Both the position numbers and the translations under genes were made by a program. Below, piece by piece: positions 24,944 through 39,556 of a stretch of DNA of 64,000 nt. The DNA lies in the NCBI GenBank assembly GCA_015680685.1, contig MNCI01000808.1, positions 891,026 to 955,025 on the forward strand, read 5' to 3'. The stretch comes from Gnetum montanum. Taxonomy: Eukaryota; Plantae; Gnetophyta. Positions within the stretch are counted from its first letter, which is position 1, and each line of letters opens with the position of its first letter. Under the pieces are notes generated by a model, which was not told the DNA's origin, did not search any database, and saw only the letters and a list, made by a program, of their open reading frames with translations.

Positions 24944-26960
24944 ATGAACACTGCGAATCCCAACGCTTCAACCAAGCCCATCACAGATATCGTAGGCCCC
25001 ATGGCCATTCAAAAACCTATAGTACAACCCATGGTAGGACCTCACCAGTCTCTCAGACTGCAAGGGAGGAACTCATCATTTAAAATTATAACACATGAGA
25101 AATATAATTTCATATGCGTAAAAATACAAGCCGGCTTAGCTGTGGACCAAACCGAAATGGATGCTAAGAGACAATATGAACTATTTCATAGCGGAGGACA
25201 TGAGTTCATCCCTTCCCCACATGAAATCATCCCTCTCCCCGATTACTACTCTGAGCTCATCTCACAGCTCCTCCTAGCAAGGAATCAGCATCTAGACCAG
25301 CCCATGTAAAACCCCCAAATAGAGGAAGAAGACGATTTCGCAGCTCAGCCCGAACATGAGGATTCATATCATACCGTCAGCCCACAAACTTACGTAAACC
25401 CATTATTTCATCCATTCATGGGGGAGACAATGTCCCTCTAGCCATTTATAATCACTCAAGCACATATGCCTCAACAAGAGGCATCCACTCTCATCCCCAC
25501 TCCTCCTGTGACCGATGCATAATTCAATACGCTTCCCCTTGATATTCCTCCCACTACCACAGTATCCCCATTCTTACAAGTACAACCTCCTCAAAATAAT
25601 GTAGGAGTATCCTTCCCACCCCGAGTGATTGGGATGCTACATCTAATACCAGCTTCTACATCGACTCACTATATACCGTGGCTCCAAACCCAACGAGCAC
25701 CCTTCACCACTTCAACTCAACAAGTTCAGGGTGTTCTTGCACAAAACGTGATCGGGTAGTGGGCTGCGACTGGTGTTCAACTGCATCAACCCCCTCACTA
25801 CAATGTACCACCTCATACAATTCCACCCCTGAACGTCCCTCAAGTGCAATAGCAACAACAACCCTAGCAAACCTTTCCCTACAATGCACCACCCTTAGTA
25901 CCACCTGCTATGAATATTCCACAAGCACAACCTCCAACTACACAACTCTCCTCCTTCCAGCCCACCGTATAACAATCTAGTTTGTATACTACACAAAATC
26001 ATCAACCTACTATCTCACCTAGTGCCCAAGACTGGACTAATGCCAAAAAGCTAATGCAAGAGCTAACGGATGAGGTCAAGCGCCTCAAAACAGCTGCCAA
26101 CGGAGAGCTTAAGGTAGTGGATTTCTATCAAGATGACCCTATCAACTTTTCGGTTCCACCTCTAACGTTACCTAAAGGTGTTTCCTTACCCATGTTAACT
26201 AAGTACAATGGGGAGATAGACCCCAACACCCATCTTATAAATTTTAAATTAGAATGTGTGTTACTTTAGGTGTGGCCACATGCCATTCTGCAAATGTTCC
26301 CCATGTCCCTCATAGGGAGAGCACTTGATTAGTATCGGGCTTTGCCCCGAAACTCAATATCTTCTCTAGAAGATTTATTAAACCAATTCGTTACCAGGTT
26401 CAAGTATAACTTGAAGCCTAAAGAAACACTTGACAGTCTCATATAGGTCAAGCAAGCACCGCTTAAGCCTGTTCAAAAATTTATTCAGTAGTGGAGTGCT
26501 GCCCTCAATGAGCTCCACGAGCCAATCCTAGAGACGTATCTTCTCACCATCCTAAAAGGGGCCGTCAATGATTTTGTCAAGTCCAAATTATATTATCTCA
26601 ATGCATGCACTCTTAGTCAAGCATTTGTACATATCAAGAACATAGAGGAGGCAACCCAAAATAGCCACAACCCTGCCTATTCAGCCTTTAAAAACCAACA
26701 TAATAAGAAAGATAGAGAAAATGCTAAAAAAACTATAGCAGCAGTAGCGGAAACACAATAAGCGAATGCGGGACAACAAGGAAAACCGCCTACTACCCCT
26801 ACTAATTACGCTAGACCTGCACCTGCAACTGCACCCGAATCGTCCACATCACAAAATCCTACACCGGGTTGTGCGAGAAACTTCAAGAAAAGGGACCCCT
26901 CTCAATACACATCGTTGCCCATGAAACCCTCATAATTATTTGACAAACTCTTGAAGGCTG
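24944..26960 (+). pseudogene. gag: gag of a related subfamily, truncated before the zinc knuckle
   Basis: VVDFYQDDPINF, LTKYNGEIDPNTHL, homologous to the other gags in the window. Confidence 0.85.
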
Positions 26961-27237
26961 GACTAATGAAACATAAAAAATTTTCCCCCGCAGTAATCCA
27001 AAGACATGATTAGTTCTATCAATTGGTTTAGAACCCAAGCCTGGAAACTCCAGATGAGCCCTCAGTTCCGATGGCGTTTGGGCTGAGCTCATGGAGGATG
27101 AGATCATGCAACGCCTGTTAATCAGCCTAGAACAAATTGCTTTTGCGGTAAAAGCAGGACCTGCGTAGGTAAGCCATGTTATAGTTGTATTATTCTTATG
27201 TGTAATTTCGGTGGCAATGCTAACAAATCGTAGGATC

Positions 27238-27435
27238 GACATGAAGAAGGTCCTCATGAAGAGGAGCATGTTGGAGATGATGGCCCTCACGAAGAGGATC
27301 CTCATGAGAAGGAGTCCTGCGGAGAGGATCATCATTACAAAGAGGATGTGTGTGAGGAGGATCCTCATAGAGAGGATCACCCCCACAAAGAGACACCATG
27401 TGAAGAAGGTCTTTATGAGGATGATCCTCATTGGG
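27238..27435 (+). repeat. 18-bp degenerate minisatellite (catgaagaggatcct-like; would encode an H/E/D/P-rich tract)
   Basis: Recurrent gaggatcctcatgaag-like units. Confidence 0.65.
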
Positions 27436-27626
27436 TAGAAGTGGAGATAAATGATGCAAATGAAAGTTGTAACAAAGGGGATGTGTAGTGTGGCTATATT
27501 AACCAACATTTTGCTATAATGAAATGGAGTAAAGGATAATGTTCTCTGATTGATGTGATAAAAATTTTAGTTTTTGATTTTATGAAGGAAAACGTATTGT
27601 TAGAGGGGTTACATGTTTTAGGCCAC

Positions 27627-28790
27627 TAAAACACTATGAAAATTTTGAGGCCTCAATGGTTTAGAAAAATCGTGTGACTTAGGAAAAGATTTACGACAAG
27701 ACATAGCTTGACAAGTTCTCTTTTCAGCTAAAGGTCTATTCCTCCATGCTACACAGCGCAACGCAATAAACTCCAGAGGACAGATAAAGACTAGGGATGC
27801 ACAATGACAAGCTTTCAACTTTGCAAGCTTTCTATATTATGAAAATATTTGCATTAGTCCAGCCTTCAAGACTAGGCATATTACGCTGCATTATGCAACA
27901 TAGCGTAACATTACATAACACAACGTAATGCCAGAAGGTGGTCCATTGCAACAATAGAGATGAAAAAAATTCAGGACCTTGACAACCCAGCAAAATCTCA
28001 AGGCTTAAGCAATAATCTGCAGCATGCCGCACATTTCAAGTTTTCTTTTTCGGGTAAGGGGCCTATTACACTGCATTACGCAGTGTAGCATAATGAATCC
28101 CAGAAGAACTGAACAGATACAAAGGAAGCACGGCGACAACACTTCAATTTTTGCAGATTCACTATTTTACGCTAAATTACGCTATGCAGCGTAATCTAGC
28201 ACGATGCAGCATAATCAAAGAACATTTTGTCACCGAAGTTCCAATAAGAGTGGTTTACGACACATTACGCCGCAGAGCGTAATACAACGTGGCGTCGCAA
28301 GCTTCAAACACAAATGCATCAAGTTAACGACATATTATAGGTTCAGGACACACATCATCTAAACCGCATTTTTCTCCTGACCCTCACCTTATAAATATTC
28401 CAGTTGACAAAGATCAAAGGGATTGGCAAAAATTTTCCTAAGATTAACAAATTTTCTCTGTGAGTGATTTTCTTCCATTGGTAATCATTGACGACTTTTG
28501 GCAAAGATTGACAAGGGAGCAAAAGAGCATCAGTGATCGTAAGAATATCGAAGGTGATTGGCAAGAACCTTTGATCAGAAACAGCCGGTTGATGGACATT
28601 TTGCTTCGAGTCTAACCTCCTTGTACCCATATTCGCTAGAACAAGGTAGATCGACCTTTTCTTGCTTTATCTTTAAATAGCTTTCTTGTTGTTGGCACAT
28701 GCTTTGCCTAAACCGAAGTCTGCCTATAATCATTGTATCCAATATATTTTTTTCATGAGTTAAATCCCAGATCTTGGGATTGCCTGCTTT
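27627..28790 (+). repeat. Truncated LTR related to LTR 32786-34049
   Basis: Collinear with the reverse complement of about 33120-34049, preceded by a ggccac PPT-end remnant. Confidence 0.7.
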
Positions 28791-28799
28791 TAGTTTTGG

Positions 28800-31700
28800 C
28801 GACACGTATGGATGAGGAGGCTTATTACAACATTCCTCTATGCTACCATCTTTTCCCTAAAAGGGTAGTTCAACCTAAGCTAAGGTTTCATTGGCCACTA
28901 TTTCAGCCCATTTAACTGTTGGGGTAGGGATTTGATCTTCAGGGATCTCAATCTCTAAACCCTATTCCATTTCCACATTGTTAACCGCTTGAAGAGTCAT
29001 CTTATCAGCATGGATGATCACTTCCCCTCCTACATAGGGAAAGTGAATCTCTTGATGAATGGGTGATGAGACTACCCTTAATTGAGCCAACCAAGACCTC
29101 CCTAAGATTAAGTTGAAACAAGGCATCTCCTCGACGATGATAAACACTACATCTGTGGGGAATTGATCCCCTACTAAGAAGTTGATTTGCACTATTCCTT
29201 TGACTTGCACTCATGCCCTGTTAAATGACTTCAAACATGACGTTGTCGTGGGATTTATCTGGTCGAGAAAACCTAACTTGTATGTGGAAGAGGATAACAT
29301 TGATAGCAGCCCCATCATCTACGTGTACTCTCCGGATTCTATACTGGTCAACCTGGATAGTGATGAACATAGATGCTGTTGTTACCTGACCATTTTCTAG
29401 ATCATCCTTAATGGACTCATCATGGAATGTCAATTGGAAAGTCCATGGTTGTTCAGTGGTGGGGGGAAGCACGATCAAATGGATTGCTTCTTCATCCACT
29501 GCTAAGCTCTCGCCCACAAGTATGGATGCTAACATGCAAACCATGGCTTCACGATGTTTTCGTGATGTCATCAGCAATTCATAGAGGCTCAGCATTGTAT
29601 TTTTCTATGTAAGAGCCTGCTTAACTTACATAAAAGCATTGAGGAGATCAGGCCTATGATATGATTGTTTGTTACCCTTCTCTTCTTCCATTCGTCCTAG
29701 GAGATAGATCTCTTGGGGAGGAACAATTTCTTGTTGAGGGTTTCATTTTCTTGGATTGGGAGAAGATGTTCGTGTTTGTGTAGCATCATCATTTTTAGAG
29801 GGTGGGGTCAAGGGCGCTGAGGTGAGGGATGTAGGCTTGGGAAACTCTAGCATAAGTCGATCCTTGGCTGCATTACCTATCGTACATCCTTCTCCTTTCC
29901 TTTTAGGTTAATAGGGGCATTGACTTAGATATTTTCCCCTACATAGTAGGAGAAACTGATGGCTTTGGCACCCTGATGACAAAGTGTTCCCTATGTGCGG
30001 GAACGGGCTGGGCCGCGGCTTTATTGATGATGGGTTGCAGAAAGGAAGTTAAAGATGGGACTCGGAGGATAAAAGGTTGTCGCTGAGCCACACCCATCAA
30101 TGTTGATGGGATTATCGTCTAAGATGGATAGGGAGGCACATGCCACACAAAGGGTTAATTTGGCTATGCCTGGCTATCGCCCTCTCTAGCCACTACATTG
30201 ATAGTGTACCCTACGTTATTTTCATTTAACGGTTCTTGGTACACATGCATGGACTGGTTTTCTGGATGGATTGGACTAGTGTTGTCTAGTATTAGTTTAT
30301 CTTGATCGATCATGCATTAAATGTCATATTTTAACACCCAACAGTAATCTGTGTCATGACCACACAGTTGGTGGTAGTTGTGAAAATGATCTAGCCTAAA
30401 GTTCTTGGGGACTATCCGTTCATTAGGTAGGGCCAAGGAGGGATTCTTGAGCAGCTCACAATGCTGTCTATGGTGTTTTATACCTTCCTCAGATACCTTC
30501 TTATGTTGAATGTGGCCAGTTCCCAGTAATTTCTTCAGAATTTTTGAAGGCTTTACAGGCAGAGCCGTGTATTTTAAGCGATATTTATGCTCAAAATTAG
30601 GCTTTCACTGTGAAGATGCCTCAAGGGCAGGTGATGTTTCTTGATCGGCACTATTTGAGCTAGTTGTGGACTCAACAGGTGCCATAGATACTTTCTTGTT
30701 GTTATTCTTCTTCTTGGCCCCTTTGGCTATAGCTGCTACCATAGTTGTTGTAGCTTTTCCCCTGTCTTTGCTCTTGTTGTGGGCATTTTTGTAGACCACA
30801 TATGCTGGGTCTTTGCTAGCCTCGGCTATGTCTTGAATGCTCTTAGTATGAGCAAAGGCTTGGCTGAGGGAGAGGGAAGTGAGGTAATACAATTTAGGCT
30901 TGATGAATTCATTGACTATCCCCTTGAAGATTGCTAATAGATGGGCCTTCGCGATGGGTTCATGGATTTTGTTCAAGGTGGCGCTCCACCGCTATATAAA
31001 CGTTTGGACTAGTTTGAGTGCATCTTCCTTAACTCCCATTAACTAGTCCAATGTGACTTCTGGTTTTAGGTTGTATATTAAATGAGTCACAAATTGAGTT
31101 AGCAGCTCTTCCAAGGTTCAGATGGAAGAGCGTAGAAGTGCATGATACCAGTCTAAAGCCTTATCCATTAGGGACATAGCAAAGACACGGATGATAATAT
31201 GTGGCCATTATTGTAGTAACAATGACTCTAACCTAAAGGTAACTAAATGGGTGTTAGGATTACCTTCCCCATTGTATTTTGTAAAATGGGGGAGTGGCAT
31301 CCCAGGAGGTAACGATAAAATGGGTACTGTCAGACTGATAGGATCATCATGGTAAAAATCCATGACCTGTATTGTGTCAAAACTAGTAGCCTTGAGGTGT
31401 TTAACCTCCTTGGTAAGGGTTTGGATAAGCTGGAAGGCTTGATCCAGACTCGTGGAAAACGAAGTTGGTTATGGAATAGCAAGGGGAACTACATTAGGTG
31501 GTGAGATAGGGGTAGCAGCATGGCTTGTGATTGATGTAGTCAGAACTTTCCTTGTAGGTAGTACTACCTGCATCATCCACCACCTAGCAGGTGGTACAAG
31601 TGGGGCTACCATGGTTGATTGTGCCATAGGGTATGCTTTTTGTGTAGCTGGGGGCATAGGCAATCACCCTACAGTCAAGTTTACTAGTTGCGGGACCTGG

Positions 31701-32530
31701 CTTTGATTGTGTGAGAGATAAGACATTTGCGTAGGCAGTGTAACAGGGGGTGATGTATTTGGGACCCACCACGTGATAGTGGCAGGTCCTAGGATAAATG
31801 GTTGTGCGGTAATAACATCTGGGATGGTAGAAGCAGTATATAACTATGAAGTAGGTACTATGTGCACATGTGGTGATGTAGGTGTAGGTATACGATGAAA
31901 CAGGTTGGCTAACTAGGCTTGTGGAGGAATGGTATGTGAAAGAATAACACCTAGGAAGGTAGCCAGAAAGAAGAAATGCTAATGGGCCGCATGTGCAACA
32001 CAGTCGACAGTAGACAATGATAATGGCGTAGTGACCATAAATAGTGGATGTACACGGGACGCTATGGAGGGAGGAGCCATGACAAAGTTAGCATGACTGC
32101 CTCCCTTGGAGTGGGCATCTAGGTCTTCCTGCCCATCGTGGGATGCTTCCTCATAAAAAACCTCGTCTCATTATTCCATTGATGCTTTATCCATTAAGAG
32201 TTGATCTAGCATCCATTGTTGCTAGTCCATCAGGGGTATGAAAGCATCAGGCAAAGGCACAAATTCCTTCCCGTTACAGTAGATGAACTCGTATTTGCGT
32301 TTTGCTTCGAGTTCCTATGGGTACATGGACAGGTTCACTACAAGCTTGGCATAAAGGAAATTTTAGTGTTCTATGCACTGAGCATGTTCCTCACGCTCTT
32401 TATTTTGAATCCTAAGGGATTGGCATGGCCACACCAGACTAGCCGGTGACTCAGCAACAGTAGGCATAATCTGCATTGTCCAGGGGTTTTTGAGATTAGT
32501 GGTGGAAACGGTGGTAGTTGGCATAGCCAT
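28800..32530 (-). pseudogene. gag: gag-protease
   Basis: KYNGEGNPNTHL; HNYHQLCGHDTDYC; VHVDDGAAINVI; NLILGRSWL. Confidence 0.9.
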
Positions 32531-32746
32531 TCTTTACACAATTAGAAATTAATGATAATAGGGCTAAAGATCACAAAGGCAAAGGCAGATTAAAGGTAGA
32601 TGCGGGCTTTCTATCCTGCTGGATTCTGAAGGAATCATTGGAGTAACCGATCTGTACCACACGATCACGTAAATAACCATAGAGGTATTACGTTTATGTC
32701 AGTCGACAATGGGTATAAACAGCTTACAAGACTACCCATGAAATGC

Positions 32747-32779
32747 AGATCAGAGGTTCAAGCCCTCGTTCTAGCGCCA
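32747..32779 (-). other. Extended tRNA-Asn primer binding site (about 33 nt)
   Basis: Plus strand agatcagaggttcaagccctcgttctagcgcca resembles the tRNA-Asn T-arm, acceptor strand and CCA. Confidence 0.75.
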
Positions 32780-32785
32780 GAAAAC

Positions 32786-34049
32786 TATAATGGTGCAAAA
32801 CATCGGTTGCTGGAAACACCGAGGTGATTTCTATGTACGCAGTTTTAATCCAGGATCCGCACAAGGGCCGTGTAGGAGAAAATGAATCTGGGGTGCCCTG
32901 AATAGTCTTATCGATCAGATAGGGACTTACTCAATCAGTAAATTTTGTTAACAATCGTGTAATGAGGCGACGACTTAATATAAAAATATGTTGTTGATTT
33001 ACGAGAAAACAAGATCTGCTCCAAGATTGGATTTTGGAGGTAATGAAGGCAATGTAAATTATGCAAAATGATTGTAAAATTCAATGTAAACAAGGTGTAA
33101 TGAATTGAATCTGGAACATGCACAATCCCAAAATCTAGGATCCAACTTATAGATAAATATGATGAATACAATGGGATTTGCAAGTAGACTTCAGTTTGGA
33201 TGAAGTGTCTGCTACAAAGAAGAAGCTAATTAAAGACAAAACAAGAAAAATCCAATCTACCTTGTTCTAGCCAATTTGGGGACAAGGGAGTTGGGCTCGA
33301 AGCAAAGTATCTGCAAACTTGAAATATCTGGTCAAAATCTTCTCTCGGTCCCTGTTGATGCTCTTCTATTGCCCACTCTTTCGCGTAGGCTCACCAGTAT
33401 TTGCCAAGATAAATTGTTAAGAAATTGCCCACAATTGTCAATCCTTTGAGCATTATCTGCTGGGGTATTTATAAGATTAGGATTAGGAGAAAAATATGGT
33501 TTAGATGACACATGTCTTGGGCCCACAAAGTACCGTTGAGCTGATTTGTTGTAAGTGAAGTTTGTAACGCTACGTTGTGCTATGCTCTGTAGCGTAGCAG
33601 AGTGTAACCACCCTTCAAGGAAACAGTTTATTTGCCCTTGTCTCTTACACTGAATAAACTATCCTGCAACTACGCTACCATACGCTGGGAAGTGTATCGT
33701 GGTGTAATGACTGCCACTATTTGAATTTTGTAACCCTTGTTGCTGCGGATAAGTCAACTGCATTGCTTGCGTTATGCTGCGTTACACTGTGTAGCGTAAC
33801 ATGGCATAGTATAAAGAAAGTTAAGATTTTCAATCATGGCTAGCTTGCAAAGTTGAAGTGTTGTTGTTGCGCATCTGTTGTTTCTATTTAGTCCTCCTGA
33901 AGTCTACTACGCTGAGCTGCGTAGTATAGCGTAACAGGCCCTTAGCCAAAAGAAAGAAAACTTGCTAAAATGTGCCACTTGTGGAAATCCTTGCTTGAAC
34001 TTCAAGATCTTGCTGAATCATCGAGGTGTCAAAATTTCACATTGTTTCA
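32786..34049 (-). repeat. 5' LTR (about 1.26 kb)
   Basis: TGAAACAAT start; end 6 nt before the PBS. Confidence 0.85.
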
Positions 34050-34172
34050 CTTGTTACGCTATGCGCAGGAAGAGGGTTATGCTATGCTATATGCATAAAT
34101 TGCTAGACGTTGCTACGTTGTACATGTATTGCACTTAGACATGATGCTAACACTTGTTGATGGATGGCATAG

Positions 34173-37100
34173 GGCATGGTTGAGGCCCAGGCTGATTGTT
34201 TTAGAAGTTAGAGGGGTCATGTGTCATGTGAGCAGACCTATGGCTAATGCTCCTCCTCCCTAGATACATATGGGAGAGCAAGGGGTTTGCTTCAGGAAAG
34301 AAGCATAAGACTTCCTACGATTCCTCCTCAACCACTTCAGTGTGATCATTTGGTCATCCCTAGAGGAGGAGGAGGCAGCTGACATAAGAGAAGCCATTTT
34401 TCTTGGGGCAAGCAAAGGAATTCTGAGGTTTCTAACCAATGGGATGATCACGAGGGGTAGGGAGAAGGATCCAGTCAGTACCAAACAAGGTTAAGGTGCT
34501 TGGCCTGGATCTGGGAGATGCTCGAGTATAGCTACTACCACTGTTTCAATACACTGTTTCTTGCACATTTTATGATGATATGCTTCAAGAACCCTCAAGG
34601 AACTATCTACTATGCTAGCAGGTGAGTTTTACAGCGTTGTTCTACTATGTTTGTGTGACACTAGCCATAGTGGCCTAATGCTAATAGTATGCATTTGCTA
34701 CCAAGTTCTTCATCAACGAGGATGGGGTTCATGACCTACTGGGTCTATTGGCCATAGCACAAATAGCCCTATAGGAGTTCTCTTCTACTGAGAACCTGCA
34801 AGCAAGTGTGATCGATCAATGTGGAGGTGAATACCACACCTACCTAGGCGTATATTCTACTCTCTATAATCAGTGCAAGGGGCAGGGCTAGTTGGATGGA
34901 GAGTGGGCAAAACCCTTCAAACCAGTCACGATTGAACAAGTTCTGGTTGAACTCCCATAGTTCCCACTGCCATACTGACCTGGTAGGCTGAGCTGTAAGT
35001 GCCACATGCTTAAGTGTATTTGCAATTTTTGAATTCTCTACATTTTTTGCTAAACATTTTTTTGAACTATTGCAGGGGCGAGGAAGCCTCAGGAGGTGAT
35101 GGTGGTAACCACTGAGACACAGGGGATGAATGTCTACTTCAAGTATTGGGAAGTAGAGATGAGCCAACATTGGTTGAATGGTGGGACCTTGGACTCCCTG
35201 GTCTAGAACATCAAAAAGGAGGGACTTATGGATCTATTCCTGGCCCTAAATCCGAACGTTCCTGTAGCCAAGATGCTTACCCTAGTAGAATCCTTTTTCA
35301 ACAAGGTGAACTGCTTTCTCCTACGTGTGCATGACGTGTGGGTGATCATTGACATTAATGACCAGCTATTCGTAGATCTATTCAGTGTCCCTACCAAAGG
35401 CATTCTGATAGGGTCGATGTCCAAGGAGTTGACCCTTCAGAAGAAGGACATTCAGGAGTGGTTAGGACTTACCAAGGAGCTTAAGGGGCTCCCTATGGAG
35501 AAGCTCAAAGAAGGACCTGTTAAGGAGTTTTACCCTCTTTTCCATGCTCGTGCATTCCCCCAGCTGCTTACCTAGGAAAAGGTCCTGGGGCTTGAGCATG
35601 CTTGGATAATGCATGAGGTTATGGAGGAGGGGGCCCATTACTACTGGGCCAAGTCTCTATGTAAAGGCTTGCAGACTGAGATCTTGGCGCACCGTACGAA
35701 AACAGAGTCGCATTCCAACATCCATTACACCTTTTATGTAGGCTGCCTTAAGCATTTCCTGGAGTTCCTAGTGGTTCAGAAGAAAGGAGTCTGGTTCATG
35801 CGAAATCATGACCAGATTTCTAGATAATGGATCCACCAGGTCTTCTAGACCATCCGAGCCTAAGATCCCCAAAAAATAATTGGGGAGTCATTTTCTGTAA
35901 TGACTAAGGAGCAGGTGGCCCGCAACGTTCATGTCTAGGACAACGTAGGAGAGACGTCCCCCACCATGGACAGTAGTGTGTCATGTGGTGAACGTTTCAT
36001 AGCTGAGACTGGGGCCAGCACGTTATGGCAGAAGAGGCCTCCCCTAGCTAAGGAAACCCTTCGCATGGAGGAGGAGGAGGGGCAAAGACTATAGCTTAAA
36101 CTGTAGAGGACACAACATTCTATTGGTAAGTTCTTTTATTTAATGCTTACTTTCTTGTTGTCTGCTACGCTATGCTACGCTAGATGGCATAGCGTAGCGT
36201 AGCATCTGCCTTAGGCTAACTTGCTTTGAGTTAATGCAAACGTGTTTTTTGACCACCAGAAGAAGAATTAGAAGAAGAAGGTGATGAAGAGGTGTCGACC
36301 CCTAAGAAGGGGATGATGAATAAAGACACATAGGCCCTAGTCTCAGGAAGAAGGGCTTTGGTCAAGAAGAAGGAAGCTCCTGCGGCTAAGGAAGGGGCTC
36401 TCATTATTTGGGAGAATTCTTCTATTGAGGAGTCTCCCTTGAATAAAAATGATGCTGGTCTCCTCAAAGGAAATGCACCAGCGCATGAAGAGGAGGTCCG
36501 TAGGGACCCAGTAGAAACCATTTGTCAGGCCACCTTCATCATCTTCCATCAGCAAGAAAAGAGACAGCCATCAAATATTGGTGAGTTTGGAAATATGTTT
36601 TCCTTTTCATAGTCCATTTTGATCATTGCTAATATGTTTGGTTATGTGATAGGTGCTACCACTGATGCCACAGGATCCTCTCTGGTTCACATGGGATCCT
36701 AGGCTAAAATCCTTGACAAGTTTGTATATATGCAGGGGATTGGTGATGACATGATTAGTCACCCTCAGTAGGTGGATCGTGAAGTAGGTAAGTAGTAGTG
36801 TTTTCTGATCTCACGTTGTTATGCTAAAATTTCTTGCATTTTCTACTTATGCTATGCTAATGTGACTAGTGTGCACTTTGTGTCATGGAAGCCTCTTAAC
36901 TTAAATGGGACCTAACACGACCTTTGAAAGTTGGTGTTATGTCCACATTCCCACTGGAAGTGACCGAGGTATCTCGTCATGCATATGACGAGGTTTGCAA
37001 ATGCTCTTTGCACTCAGCACGCTCCCTCTCGGAATATAAGCATGCCAACAAGAACTTGTGGAAAAGGGTCTAGAAGGCTAAGCAAAGGAAGGCTGACCTG

Positions 37101-37936
37101 AGGGCTGAGGTGGAGGACCTCAATTCGAGGAACAAGTTCCTCATAGCCCACAACACTAACAACGAGGACTGGCGCATAGCTGTGGTAGACCACGCTAGGT
37201 TTTGGACAATTGCACATCAAAATGTCAAGACCACCTATGAACTAATAGAGCAATAGATGCAGATGGACCGTTTACACCAGAAGTGTCAGGATCTAAAAGA
37301 CTTCAGCACCAAGGTTTATGAATGGGGGTAGACCCAAAGAAACCATAAACATATGTATAAATAGGAAAATGCTGCCCATCATAAGCTATATGAAGATGCT
37401 ACTGTGGAGGAATTTATGTATGAAGCATTCATAAATGCCATCAACACTTCTAAGGCTTATGCCAGGTTCAAAGAGTAGGTAAAGGTCATAAAATCTCATG
37501 ACTAGAAGGTGGCCCTTCCCACAGGAGAGACCGCAACCATCTCCTTTTCTCTGGGACTACCAAGGTGGACACCCATTGAAAGGGAGAGAGCTGCTACAAT
37601 GGATGCTAGACCAGGAAAATGGTGTTGGGTAGATATCATGGCAAAGGAGGTCTGGCATTGCCTCGATCTCCGTTTAGATGAGATATCGTTCGAGATGGAT
37701 GAGGGCCCTTCTCAGGTTAGTCACTTTCTACTGTGTTAATTTATGCTCTATTGTACTTTGCATTTTTTGTTCTAGCTGATAGCTTTGTTCCCATGATACA
37801 GGCCCTAGATGAGGGTGCAGTGCCCATACAGGGAGGAAATGAAGAGTCAACGAGGAACAAAGCAGGGGAAGGCGATCCACAAGGCAATGATGCAGGAACA
37901 AAAGGCTAAAACAATGTGAATAGAGACAACCCATGA
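34173..37936 (+). pseudogene. Antisense accessory gene, copy 3 (exons 2-8, including coiled-coil exon)
   Basis: RLIVLEVRGVMCH..DFLRFLLNHFSVIIWSS..FNTLFL..FKNP; VESFFNKVNCFLL..DINDQLFVDLFSVPTKG..YYWAKSL..VGCL; donors gtgagt, gtaagt; ends AAC CCA TGA. Confidence 0.85.
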
Positions 37937-38119
37937 CTGCATGGTATTTTTTTAAAAATTCAAATTTTTAGATTTTTGTGTAATAAATTTTGCAAACATT
38001 GTTTAAAAGAAAATAATTTTGAATAAAGTAAAAAGGATTTTGCGATACAGAAATTGATTATGCTCTTACTTGCACCTTGCATACGTGCTACATTTTGTAT
38101 AAAATGTTCATGTTTTTAT

Positions 38120-38560
38120 GTGCTAGTTTTAGTCCATTTCGGGGCATTACATAATATGCCAAGGGGATGATACATTAACGACATAAGTAATGAATAACTA
38201 GTAACTTATGCTAGTTTTAGGCCATTTCAGGCCATTGCTAGTTTTAGGCTATTTCGAGCCATAGCGTATCATACTTTTAGGCCATTTTGGGCCATAGCAT
38301 AGTTTTAGGCCATTTCAGGCCATTAAGTGAATGCACATTGCTAGTTTTAGGCCATTTCAGGCCATAGCGTAGCATTGCTAGTTTTTCACAAGGATGGTGC
38401 ATGGGGAGGAAGCGGTGGGTTGCTACGCTAGGTGCAATTGCTTCTTGACCCAATGCGGGTTGAGCAAAATGTAAGGCCAATATGTAAAAGCACATTCATA
38501 GTTGTAGGCCATTTCAAGCCATTTCACATTGCTAGTTTTAGGTCATTTTGGGCCATGGCA
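38120..38560 (-). repeat. Post gag-PR hairpin-motif array (27-bp core)
   Basis: gctagttttaggccatttcaggcc repeats; includes a duplicate of the gag-PR stop region at about 38390-38480. Confidence 0.9.
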
Positions 38561-38603
38561 TAGAAGTAGATGAGCTGTTGGTGGGGAGGAAGCAGTGGGG
38601 TTT

Positions 38604-39556
38604 CTATGCTAGGCAAAGTTGCTCCTTGACCCAACATGGGTTGAGTGAGATGTAAGTTCGAGGTGCTCTACTAGGACCTTCATCTACATCGTCATCCCCA
38701 CTTGGAAGGGCAACTCAGTCCATGCACTTTCATTTTGGGGATAAGCTTGCTGAGCCGACCCCTCTACTGGGTAGTCAGCGTAAACTGCGACAGGTGCTTC
38801 ATTCTCAGAAGTTATGACCTTTGAACCTTGTTCCGTGCCTACGTTATGGATTGTTTGCGTTGCTACTTCATCACTGTGGATCACCACTTCTCTTCCTTCA
38901 TAAGGCAAGTGGATCTCATGGTGTATTGGTGAGGAAACAACCCTAAGTTGTGCTAACCATGATCTCCCCAAGATCATGTTAAACATAGGCAATTCTTCAA
39001 CCATGATGAATGTTGCGCTTGTGGGGAACTGATCCCCTACTATGAAGTTTATGTGAACCATGCCCTTTACCATGACTCGCACCCCATTGAATGACCTCAG
39101 GAATGACATCGTTGTGGGCTTGATCTAGTCAACCAAGTCCAACTTGTCCACAATGGGGAAGGGGATGATGTTCGTGGCAGCCCTATCATCAACATGTACC
39201 CTCCAGATCCAATGTTGGCCAACCCGAATTATGATAAAAAGGGGTGCTATACTCACCTGACCCCTTTTGGAATCTTCTCTAATGGTGTCGTTGCAAAAGG
39301 TTAGTTGAGGCTGTTCTGACCCTATAGGCGTGGGGGGATGCATGACCAAGTAGATCACTTCTTCCCCTTCTAGCATGTCTTCATTGACTGGAGTCATTGT
39401 CAACATGTGGATCAGAGCCTCACGGTGTGGGATAGATGTCATGATTAGGTTGTACAAGCTCAATGTAGTGTTTTTTTGTTTTAGAGTTTGTTTGACCTGA
39501 GTGAGGGCATTCAAGAGGTGTTGGCAACCCTCCTATTTAACGCTCTCATCCTCTTC
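38604..39556 (-). pseudogene. gag C-terminus and protease
   Basis: VHVDDRAATNII, NMILGRSWL, conserved terminal TAG. Confidence 0.9.

Larger units (their letters stand above)
28800..34049 (-). mobile_element. Related-subfamily element (5' LTR, PBS, gag-PR) abutting intron 1 of the copy-3 antisense gene
   Basis: LTR, PBS and gag-PR in order; LTR start TGAAACA joins intron sequence at 34050. Confidence 0.85.

Noticed and set aside
39488-39556. N-terminus of the 409-aa ORF
   Set aside because: It is the antisense strand of copy-3 gag fused by a rearrangement to the aRH-INT of another element
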